64,000 nucleotides of DNA from Podarcis erhardii. Its lineage: Eukaryota. The position numbers were made by a program, and so were the translations under genes. Every line of letters starts with the position of its first letter. Within the stretch, counting starts at the first letter, position 1. The DNA is taken from NCBI GenBank assembly GCA_964252035.1, contig OZ176205.1. One strand, 5' to 3'. Below are positions 50,519-61,299 of this stretch, one piece after another. A model generated the notes under the pieces. The model saw nothing but the letters and a program-made list of their open reading frames with translations, had not been told where the DNA came from and searched no databases.

Positions 50519-50760
50519 CAGTGGTACCTCGGGTTAAGAACTTAATTTGTTCCGGAGGTTCGTACTTAACCTGAAACTGTTCTTAATCTGAAGCACCACT
50601 TTAGCTAATGGGGCTTCCTGCTGCCGCCGCGCTGCCGGAGCACAATTTCTGTTCTCATCCTGAAGCAAAGTTCTTAACCTGAAGCACTATTTCTGGGTTA
50701 GCGGAGTCTGTAACCTGAAGCGTATGTAACCTGAAGTGTATGTAACCCGAGGTACCACTG
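50519..50760. mobile_element. Tc1/mariner (Tigger-like) MITE
   Basis: TIRs cagtggtacc / ggtaccactg, TA flanks. Confidence 0.9.
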
Positions 50761-50944
50761 TAAAGTACATTCTCCAGACAATTAGATGTTACAACAAAAA
50801 TTGACCTGATACAGAAAAAATATAAAACAAATGCTACGAATACCAAATGATTGGGACTTTCCATCCTCATGATTGGCCTATCATGGCAGGTGTGAATGAC
50901 TTTCATGGATTTGAATTCAGGAAACTAGATTTTAACTTGGTTTG

Positions 50945-51215
50945 AGGGTATTGCCATATGTCCCCTTTTTCCAGGGCATGTCCTCTTTTTCATGGGTAGA
51001 GTCGTCATAGCGATCCATAGTTAAAAGTAGAAGTTGGCAAATGTGTCCTCTTTTTTGGGCTTCAAAATATGGCTTCAAAATATGGCAACGCTTGGTAGGC
51101 CCAGTGTGACGCCGGGTTCACATTCCAACTCAGTGAAGGTCACTGGGTGACCTTGGGCCTGTCATTCTCTTTCAGCTCAGCCTTCCTTGCATGGTTGTTG
51201 TGGGGGATAAAATGC
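50945..51215. mobile_element. MITE-like element (ttgccata / tatggcaa) followed by MIR/Squam3-like fragment
   Basis: Inverted termini; gggtgaccttgggc core motif. Confidence 0.45.
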
Positions 51216-51762
51216 AGGCAGCAGGAGGTGCGTTGATGTTGCCATGGTTTCCTTTGAGAAAAGGCAGGATATAAACCTAATAAGCAACTAAGCTAAGCTC
51301 CTGCAACAATTTGGTGATGCACAAAGAGAAAAGTGGGTGGATCTACAGTTGCCTTTCAGCCTTCATGTGACTTTGGGGACACCTAGGAATAGAGCTGTTC
51401 CACTTCCAGCTGAAGCTAATCTCAAGGCCTCTACCCAACATGAGCAGCTTGTGTGCATGACAGAAAGAGGGACCTCTGAAGCAACAGCGAATTATTTTAT
51501 TTTTATTTTTTGCTTTATTTTTTATTTAACAACAGGAAATTATAAAAGAACACCAAACTGTGGGGAATCCATCCCCCCCAGGAGAAATCTGGAATAAAGT
51601 GGGAAGGGGGCTACAGCTGGACTTTGGTGCCGATGATGCCATGCAGGGGAGAACCTGGAGATAGAATGAGGTGAACAGTGCCAGCTGGCTGCACCTGCTG
51701 CAGTGCTTCAGATTAAACAGTTTTTAATTCGCTGGGAGGAAGGAGGGAGGAAAGGTGTGTGA

Positions 51763-51861
51763 GTTGGTTGGTTGGTTGGTTGGTTGGCTGGCTGGTTAGT
51801 TGGTTGGTTGGTTGGCTGGTTAGTTGGTTGGTTGGCTGGTTAGTTGGTTGGTTGGTTGGCT
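51763..51861. repeat. Compound (GGTT)n/(GGCT) tetranucleotide repeat
   Basis: Direct reading. Confidence 0.95.
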
Positions 51862-52289
51862 GCCAGCCGGCCAGCCTAAGGAGTGCGGATGTTCTAAGTG
51901 CTCATATTTGCAGAAATTTTCAAGGCATGTCTAAAAATACTTTTGAGTGCTTTTCCACACAGGACACGGCAGTTAATACAGGGCAGGGAAAACGTACAAA
52001 GAGTCGCTGAAGAAACAAAGCGCAACCGAGCCGACACTCTTCCCGGTGTTTTGCATCAGCGTCAGAGGAGACACGGTCCGTTTACATCTTGCAGCATATT
52101 CCCCTGCGCTCCTCGAGTCGGGGCCGCGGCTCTTTGTGCTCGTAGACGTGGATGCCGGCGTACCTTTGCGGAAGAATTTGTCGGCGGCGCGATTCCTTTT
52201 CGGGCGTGTGTGCAAGCGAGGATCTAGGCAGTCAACAACGGAGACCAGGAAGGAGGCGCTCTGGAAATTCCTCGGAGGCGGGGAGGAGA

Positions 52290-52415
52290 GGCGCGAGGCC
52301 CCGCCCCTTCACGAGAGGGGGCGGAGTCTTGGAAAGGCTTTATGTAGTCCTGCCGGGAGCTGCTACGCTCAGAGCTACCGAGAGCAGAGGGCGCCTCCGA
52401 GCGAAGGAAGGCAGC

Positions 52416-52450
<35 letters not shown>
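52290..52450 (+). promoter_or_regulatory. CDKN1A: CDKN1A proximal promoter and non-coding exon 1 (TSS about 52365; donor GAG|GTGAGC at 52450/52451)
   Basis: Tandem GC boxes (gccccgcccc, gggggcggag), TATA-like tttatgtag about 52340, strong donor; layout resembles the mammalian p21 promoter; CpG island extends about 52020-55260. Confidence 0.65.
52416..52450. repeat. (AG)n microsatellite at the end of putative CDKN1A exon 1
   Basis: Direct reading. Confidence 0.9.
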
Positions 52451-53817
52451 GTGAGCGCTGCTTTCTCCCGTCTGGGAGCCGGAGGGTCTTGGGCAGCTCT
52501 CAATGCTGAGTAGGGGGAGGGCGGCATTGTAACGTGCATGGGAAATATTTAAGGTATCGGAAACAGGAACATTTATCCGTGATTGTGATGGAGAAACTGC
52601 GTCGTTGTCTCCCACCCTAGCCCCATTTCGGAGGTGGCAGCCCCCTCGCTTCCTCCCTTGATGTCCTTCGATCTCCGCTCCGCCTGGGATTTTTTCCTCT
52701 CATCCTTATTTGCAGGGGTCAGCTATGCTGCGGAGGGAGAGAGCGCATCCCGGTTTCTTACTCCCATCCACCTTGTGTAAAGTCGAAGATCTCGTATTTT
52801 GTCTCCGGGTGGGGAAATATGAGTGGACCAGCCCTGACCCCGTCGGTGGGTGGGTGGGGGGGATTCTCTTTCGCTCCCCACCCTGCTCTCGTTTCCCAGC
52901 GTCCAGGAGACGTCGCCTTCCCTCTTCATCCCTTGAGCCACCTGTTCTTTCCATCTCTAGCCACTCCCTTAGACAGCCTGGAGAGCTTCGGCGTGGCTTT
53001 TCGACTTCACCTCGGAATTCTCCCCACCTGCTGACAAGAGGAGATGGCAAGGGGACCCTTAAAATGGGTTCGGTCGGTTTTGCGGGTACGTGCACCTCCC
53101 CGAAGTGCGCGATGGCGGTGCCGTCCATCGCAATCGGAGGAGCCTGGCGACTCCTCCGCTCGCTGTCCAAACCCGACGGCATTGTTTGTTCGGATTTGCG
53201 TGTTGCTTATGTATGTCACCCTGTTCCTGAAGACTCGGGGGGCTACAATCTGAGCGCTTAACGGGAGGGGAGAGGGGCAGTGATGCGCGCTCACTTGCGC
53301 GTAACCAGCACTGATCATGCACACCGAAACCAAAAACGTCTCGGGTAGGTGCTACGCCTACTACTAATCAGTTGTTGACAGATGAGCAGACTGACGCTCC
53401 CCAAAAGAAGCGCGGAGCGGCCAGTGCGGGTGAGGAAGCGGTACATTGTTTTGCTGGATGACGAGTGACTTTATCTGTGCGCCTTTGCAGGGAGGTGCCT
53501 GTGTTTGTCTGTCTGAGTCAGGTAGCGGCTGGAGAGCTGTCGGGGCAGAAGTCTCGGGCCCCGCTCGGCGCAAGGAGCAGGAGGGCCTTGCAAAGCAACC
53601 TTTGGAAGCCAGGGTGAACATTTGGAGAGGGCGCGGGGTGGGGCAGAGAGAAGGGAGAGCACCTTAGGACCGTGAAAGGATCTGGGCTTCATCGCACCGC
53701 TTGGGTAATGGCGATGCCCCACGCAGCCCTTGGCGGAGGGTTGCGGGCCCTTCCTGCGCCTTGCGAGAGGGGGCGCTGTCGAGCCGGCAGCCGGACGGTG
53801 ACTTTGCACGGCCAGGA

Positions 53818-53847
53818 GAGCCTGCCGGGGCATGTCCCGGCTTGCAG
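53818..53847. promoter_or_regulatory. Candidate intronic p53 response element (three abutting half-sites)
   Basis: GAGCCTGCCG GGGCATGTCC CGGCTTGCAG; central half-site perfect. Confidence 0.5.
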
Positions 53848-55881
53848 GAGGCGGCGACTACCGCTCGGCTTTGCGGGGGGGGGGGGAGAGGTAGTCAGGC
53901 GGCGGCTGTGACTCAGTGGCAGTCACTCGCTCGCTCCCCGCCGGGGCTGATGTAAGAGGGCCAGGCCAAGCCCTGGAGTATTATCGGGGCAGCCGCCCGG
54001 CGGGGCTGCCTTTCCTATAGTAGGGGGTAAAAAGAAAGAGGAGGCTGCGGGTTTTCGCTTCGCTCCCGGCGCTTGAAGACAGGAAGAGGCGAGGGGGGGG
54101 GAGGGAGGAGAAGCCCCGCCTGGGTGGAACTTGCAAGACGCGCACGAGCTGATTTTTGACTCTCCGCCCAGCCCGCCGCGATGTTCTGTTCTCTCGGGCC
54201 GGGAACTCCTTGTTCCCAAGCCGAGTTTTATTTTTGTGCTTGTTGTGCTCACAGGAGCGTCACTCAGCCCCATTACGCCGCTTTGAAAGAGGCGCGCGCA
54301 AACCAGACGCTGCGCTGCAGGAGGAGGAGGAGGAAGCGGCTGGAAAGAGACCTCGGTGGGGAGGAGGAGAAAAAGAACAAAAAAAACCCCCACATCTTTC
54401 TCCACCCCCCCAAAAAAAACCCCACGCTTGGGGAGTTCTTTCGTTTACGCGGCTTGAGCAGCCGAAGCCCGCTTTTGCGAACTGCTGTGTGTTCCCAGCC
54501 ACTTTTTCCCTCCTAAAAAGGCACTGGGGGGACCCCCGAAACAGCTTATTGGGGTGGGATTTCCGCCCCCCCTCGCCTTTTTGAGCCGAAATCTCCAGTT
54601 ATGAGCTTTTGCCAACTGCTGTGGTTCTCACCCCCCCTTTTCTCTTTTTTTTGGGGGGGGGTGGTAGGTGGAAGGAAGCGCCTTGAAACCGGCCCCCAAT
54701 CCGCCGGATGCTCGTTGGAGGGGGCGGCGAGGCGGGGCCGTAGTAGGTTGTCTGGGGGCCGTGTTTGTTTCCCTGCCTGTGGCAGAACTAGGTCTGTGTG
54801 GCAAGCGCGATTTCGCAACTTCCCTCCGCCCCTCCCTCCCTCCCTCCCCCACAGCGCGGCACGTGACGCAGCTGCTGTGGTGCCAGATGACGTAATCCCG
54901 GGGCGAGCGCCGCGAGCGTCTCGCACACCTCCTGGGCTCCTCCTATTACGATAAGCAAGTCCTGTTTGCTTTGCTCCAGCCTTGGGGGCCGAAGGAGCCC
55001 GAGCTCCCTGAGCTCACCCTGTGCCCGGCAGGCGGAGCAGCTGATCGCCAGCGAGACAGGCCACCAAGCGGTCGGGATTGTTTTGCAACTGCGAGAGACG
55101 CTCCTCTGAACTACGCGCAGGGTTTTTAAGCTACTGTTTCAACAACAACGGTGACCTACATTGTGATTGGCTGGCTCTTAACCGGCAACCACCAAAGCAT
55201 GTTTGCAGGATAAATAGGAAATACTATAATGCGGCGCTGTGTTTAGTAAGGTGGCCGACTTATGCGCAAGCCCCTCTGAAAGAGAGTGCGTATTGTCTGC
55301 AGAAGGTCCCTGGTTCCCTTCCTGGCACCTCCACCTAAGGCTGGGAAGGCCTGCTGTCTGAAAAGCTGCTGTCAGAAAGTGGAGACACTGCTGATTTGGG
55401 TGGGCTAAGTATGGGCCTTCAGCAGCTGTTAGACAGTGATTTTGTAGCTGCAGCCTCTATCCCAAATGCAGAATCGAGCAAACTGCCTAGTCCTTTCCAG
55501 CAGCTGTCTAAGGTAGCACCTGTGCAATGGCAACAGAGCAACTCTAGCTGTGATCTCAAGTAAGAAGTGAATAAGAAAGATCTTTGAAAATTAACATCCA
55601 GGGTTGACTTTCAGGACCTTGGGGGTGCAGTTGCTGCAAGAAAAGCATTTTAAAACGTTGGATTTTATGAGTTGATTTCTAGCCTCTAGCTGAGTGTGTG
55701 TGTGTGTGTGTGTGTGTCATAGCTGTCAACTTTCAGATTTGAAAATAAGGGATCAGCAGCCACACCTGTCCCGGGGACAGTCTATGGGATATCTAACAAT
55801 CCGGGATAGTAGCGCGAAGCAGTGGGAAACGGCACTAGAATAAGGGAATTTCCTACAAAAAAAGAGAAGGTTGACAGCTAT

Positions 55882-55919
<38 letters not shown>

Positions 55920-57305
55920 CATGAACCAATGTGCATAACATTCAATTTGACAACCCACTGCAAAAGTTGCTCTTTGAACCTTTTGTGGTGGTTTTGTTAG
56001 AGACGTGGTGGCACTTTCCTGTGATGCGAGTGAATTGTTTGCCTGCATGCAATCTAATGTGTTTAAGACTGGAAAGGGGACACTGTTCCCTCAGTAGAGG
56101 ATTAGTTAATAAACTATGTGAATTCATAGAATTGGCTAAAATGACAGCAGCCATTAGACTTCACTCAAATCAAAAACTTAAGAAGGAATGGAATTGCTTA
56201 TATGACAAAACATCGCTCCAAAACGAATTTATTGATATGCATGGACTAACTTTGTAAAGGTGTGAAAAAATTATTGCAAGAGGGTTTTGAGAGCCAAAGG
56301 AACCAATATATATAACACAATCACTAGTTCAATATATATCAAAGGAAGTCGAGCTGTGGTGGAGGGAAGTCACAATAGAATGAGATAGACACAGAATGGA
56401 AAACGGGAATTTTATCAATTTAGTATCTTATACTGTATATTCTGTATACTTTAGCGCATATATTCCATGTTATAATCATTAAATGAAATAAAGATTTAAA
56501 ACTCAATGTGTTTAAGGCTGCTGCAGTTATTGTGGTCACAGAAATAGCCTTGACTCTTCTCTCTCAGCAAGAGGAAGAAGCAGTTCAGAACTTGCATGGC
56601 ACCACCTTTTGCAGGGTGAGCAGCTGAGGGAACTAAAGGTGCCTTGTGGGCACTCTGCTTCTGTGGCCTGAAGTGGCAACTTAACAAGATATCAAGTTGA
56701 GGCCTGCCCTCGGCAGCCACGCTACCTGCCAGGACTTGTTCTGGTATGCCTAAACCTCTCAATGATGTCATTCAGCATAGCTGTTTATAAAGAGAGCATG
56801 AAGGCTGCTGCTATTTTTAACCTCTTTGCCTCTTCCCAAGCCTGAACACTGGAGGAAAGGCAGCCTTGCAAACACATTGGCCAGTGTAGGTGGTGGTGGT
56901 GGTCTGGAAATATACTCTCTAGACAAAACACAGTCCACTTAAGCATCCTGGTAACCCAAACCTTATAAACCCAAATGTGTGTATGCGCAGTAAACCTTAG
57001 AGGTGACTTCACGCAAGACTCTTAAATTGATCTACAGTGTGATGTCAAGATGGGTCATTATTTGGCTGCATTCTGTCTCTCACTAATGCCATTCAGCACT
57101 AGAGAAAATGTGTAATGATGGCGTGGGAGGGCCTTGTATTGATGGAAACTCTGTCTCCCTTGATGGCCTTGAGATCAGCTTTGTCTGCAATATGGATGGA
57201 TGAAAGGGGGGCAGGGCAAAGGTCAAAATGCTAAGATTATGTGGGCCAAAGGCATCAGATTTGATGAAGCCAGGAACCCCAACTCAACTGTACAGATCTC
57301 TCTCT

Positions 57306-57337
<32 letters not shown>

Positions 57338-58049
57338 TGAATCCTGAACAGTCCGTGATGCCCAAGTCCATTAGCAGCTGGTGACTTAACATTTTATTGT
57401 AAATTGTAGCTAGTTCTACACTGCATATGCACTGCAGGTGGTGTTTGGCCACATTCAGTGCTAAAAGTACATGAACAGTGCAATCTTTCATGCACGTTAA
57501 CATGAGAGAAAGTCACACTGCATTCAATGCAGCTTGCTCCCCAGCTTTTCAAGGCTGGAGATCTAAAACAATTCTTGGCAACAAAAAACACCCATTTCAT
57601 AGAAGAACTGGTAATGCTCAGAAGCCTCTCCCAAACAGGCAAAACATCTACACCCTCCCTCCCAAAATAAAGCACAGAAAAAAGGAGGCAACTTTCCCAA
57701 CCCCACTCAATTAAAAAAAACCCAACACATTTTTAGAGTGGGGGTGAGGGCTTGGGTCGGAAGGTGCTGTAGTGCCCAGGTGCCATGCTGAGGACCGTAG
57801 CCCTAGGAAGTGTGTTTAGGATTGCAGCTTTTGCAATGCAGTATACTGTACTGAACTCAAGGTCTTCCGGTGCAGCCACATGCTTTTTAAAAGAGGTACT
57901 TGGTCATCCTAGGACTGTACCAAGACAACTGAGGGTGTATTTTCTATATAAATATTGGGTTCTGACTCTGTCCTTCTGAATCGTCCAGATTTGGGCAAAT
58001 GTGGACTATTCCTTCAGGGTGCTCCTATGCTCCTTTATTAGGTCTCATA

Positions 58050-58280
58050 TCAGTATAGCCGTACCTTGGTTTACGAACTTAATCCATTCCGGAAATCTGT
58101 TCTTAAACCAAGGCGTGCTTTCCCATAGCAGCGGGGGACTCAATTTACAAAGGGGACACATGCAACATGTTCTGCTTGCAAGGCAAAGTTCACAAACCAA
58201 AACACCTACTTCTGGGTTTGCAGCGTTCTTTTATCCAAGTTGTTCATAAACTAAGCTGTTCTTAAACCAAGGTACCACTA
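58050..58280. mobile_element. Tigger-like MITE, related subfamily
   Basis: Degenerate TIRs ..gtaccttggttt / aaaccaaggtaccact. Confidence 0.7.
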
Positions 58281-59223
58281 TTTAAAAGCATAACTAACAA
58301 CCAACACAATCAAGATTCTGTACAGAAACTATCATTTGGAATGAGTGCGTACAAACTGACAAAACAGACACTTTTATGCAACGCAGTTCACCTGCATCCA
58401 ATTGTCTGGAGGGGATCAATAAATAGTGGAAAGATCTGATGTGGAAGATTCTGCTTCACGTTAGGCCAACCATAAAACTGCAAGTGCTGTTCATGGAAAA
58501 CATGGGACTGCCTCCTTGAGTGTGTTCAATGTGCCCAATGATAACTGCTGTGGCAATGCTTTCCTAATTTAACAAGAGTTGTCTGATGGATGACTGCATG
58601 GAAATAATTATGTAGGAGAAAGGGAATACTAAAAATGGAACACCGCCAACTAGATCTTGGCTTGCAACCCCTTTTTAATCTCCAAGGAGCTCTACTACAT
58701 GTAGCTATTGGGTAGCTTTCTTCTTGGTTGAAGGCTGTGGTTCAAAGGGTAGGGATGATGAGGCTTGTGTGTACAGTGCAAAGAGCAGCTTTCTTGGTGA
58801 CGTTGGCAGTTACCGGTATTCAGAGGAATCCTTAGCAGTTTCAAACGTCATCTGAATGATGTTCTCCTGGCTGAGAATTTCCCTACAGATTCCATCCCTA
58901 GTTTTATGTTGCTCAGTTCTTTCAAAGGTAAGGACTGTTAAAACCGTTGGGCCCAACTTGTTGGTTTATATATTCAATTGTTGGTTTATATATTCAATTT
59001 ATTTGCTACTTCTTAATGTCAACTGAAATCTCCCAACAAAAAGGAATCGAATACAATACAAATTCCTTACTCAAAAGTAAACAATATTCCTAATCACACC
59101 ACCATCATAATTCTTCATTTGGAGTTTTGAAACCAAATATATATCTAAACAATGTACATAAGTAAAGTGACTAAGAATGCCTAATTAACAGTTAAAAATT
59201 CATAACTGTTAACCAAAAAAGCT

Positions 59224-59499
59224 TGATACAGTCATGGCTTCAGCCCCGGAGGTGTACTTTATTGTCTCTCAAGACACCTCTGATGCCAGCAATAACAGTC
59301 ACCTATACATTCACTCTACACAGGAACTATTCTAAGCACTCAACCACCACATACACAATCGCACATGCACCACTTCACTCAGTCCGCTCGATTCTCACTT
59401 CATTAAAAATTGCCGTGGTCCTTTTATATACGTACTGCATTTTTCACAAGTAAATCTGTGCTCGAAGAAGTTTATGGAAAATAGAGTAACACAGTAACA
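59224..59499 (-). mobile_element. Solo-LTR-like element
   Basis: Minus strand TGTTAC...GTATCA termini, TATATAAAAG (59430-59421) then AATAAA (59263-59258); no TSD found. Confidence 0.4.
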
Positions 59500-59866
59500 G
59501 TACATAATAAGACATATACTTGATTAGGCCTTGCTGCTGGTCTTGCCGCCATTAGGAGGTGTGGTTGGTCAGTGACTTGGGACAGGGTCTCTTCTGTATT
59601 GGAACCAAGCTACAACATTTCCTCCCCTCGAGGCTCGTCTTGCTTCCACCTTGAAGGCCTTTCATTGTGATGTCAATGCTGATATTTTTGCCAAGCTTTT
59701 GACCTAGTAAAATTAGCTTTGCCATGGCACTTAAATTTTTTATTTTTATCAATTTATTTTACTTGCTGAATTGATTTATAAGTTTTATTGTTAATTTATA
59801 GCAGTTATAAGTTGCCTGTTGTAACTTTCCTTAAAACTTTCGCTTGTATTTCTCCTAGCTGGAAAC

Positions 59867-60254
59867 ATGCCTCTGTCTAAGGGCAACCTCCTTCGGTCTC
59901 CCTGCAGCAGGAAGCTTTGCAGAAACCTCTTTGGACCAGTTGATCATGACCAGCTTCAAAAGGACTTCCAGTCCTTGATGAAGGCCCAGCTGGAGGAGGC
60001 TCAGCAGAAGTGGAACTTTGACTTTGAATCGGAAACTCCACTTGAAGGGGACTATAAATGGGAAAAGGTCTCGCATCTAAACAGGTTGCCTTCTCAAGAT
60101 CTGCTGAGCCCCACAAAGGAGAACAGTTGTGCCGGTGAAAAGAGCTTGAGCTCCTCCCCAGTGCTTCTCAAGATGCACACAAAGACAGACAGGCCAACGC
60201 AAGTGGGCTTTGAGGCTCGCAAGTCTTCCAAGCGAAAGCAGACAACTATCAAAG
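59867..60254 (+). CDS. CDKN1A: CDKN1A (p21) main coding exon; exon starts at 59859
   Basis: CDI domain CRNLFGPVDHDQL...KWNFDFESETPLEGDYKWEKV; acceptor ttctcctag; donor G|GTAAGG. Confidence 0.95.
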
Positions 60255-60833
60255 GTAAGGAGCTACCAGCTTTGTTTGTCTTCCGTGTTTACATTTGCAG
60301 AGAGGAGGGTAGAATTACCGGTAATGGCCAAAGCTGCCCTGGACGTGGATTTCACTTTTGTGAAATTGCATTTGTTTCAAATTCACCAGTTGAATTCTGA
60401 ACCTGAGCTCAAAACTGGAATTTGATTTTGGGAATTTTGATTATCTTGTCATCAGTTTAAGAGGAAGTTTTCTTATACCCCCCCTTAAAAAAATAAAATT
60501 ATATTTTAAACCAAACCTTCATCCTGAAGGTTCCCAGGATGCAGTCGAACATTTAAAATAAAATTGAACACATAGCTATAGAAGTTTAAACCGAACAGTC
60601 ACGTTTAGTAACTATCTCTTAAAACTTCAGTAGCAAAGAATCCAGCAGAATGCAACCAGTAGTCATATTGGTGGTCTTCAGCTGACAAGTGAAAAACCAA
60701 TAACAGGACATGGAAATATCTGCTAGGAGGGAATTCCACAGCTAAGCTGCCATGATTGAGAGTGTTGCACCAACCAAACAAAGCACCGTTGTTGACGAGA
60801 TCACCAGCACAGTCTGTCCTGCAAATCTTAAAC

Positions 60834-60969
60834 CAGGCTTCCTCAACCTCGGCCCTCCAGATGTTTTGAGACTACAATTCCCACCATCCCTGACCACTGG
60901 TCCAGCTAGCTAGGGATCATGGGAGTTGTAGGCCAAAAATATCTGGAGGGCCGTGCTTGAGGAAGCCTG
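60834..60969. mobile_element. hAT-family MITE in CDKN1A intron 2
   Basis: TIRs caggcttcctcaa / ttgaggaagcctg; 8-bp TSD tcttaaac. Confidence 0.92.
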
Positions 60970-61249
60970 TCTTAAACCATGGGCTGGCAAGGCCACTCCT
61001 TCATGTACATGACTCTCAAGTTGTAAAGTGCGACCTTGAAGTAAGCTCACTTGAATACCATGGAACTTCTGGGTAAACATTCATAGAATTGCGCAGTTAC
61101 GGTTGTGTTGGGAACTCCAGGATCTTGGCTGGTGATTGCCTTGCAGTCTCTGAGCAGACTGCTCTTGGGCATGAATGAATATCTCCCAGGCACTCACACG
61201 GACACTCCCTTGGCTGGCATGTTCAATTTGTCCTTCTGCTCTTTTCCAG

Positions 61250-61299
61250 ACTTCTACAGCTCCAAGCGGAGAACTGTCCCCTGCAAGTCAGACCCATGA
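61250..61299 (+). CDS. CDKN1A: CDKN1A last coding exon (DFYSSKRRTVPCKSDP*)
   Basis: Completes PIP box QTTIKDFY; 388+50 = 438 nt = 145 aa plus stop. Confidence 0.95.

Noticed and set aside
52046-54954. Many 70-183 aa ORFs
   Set aside because: CDKN1A CpG-island and microsatellite shadow ORFs with no family signal
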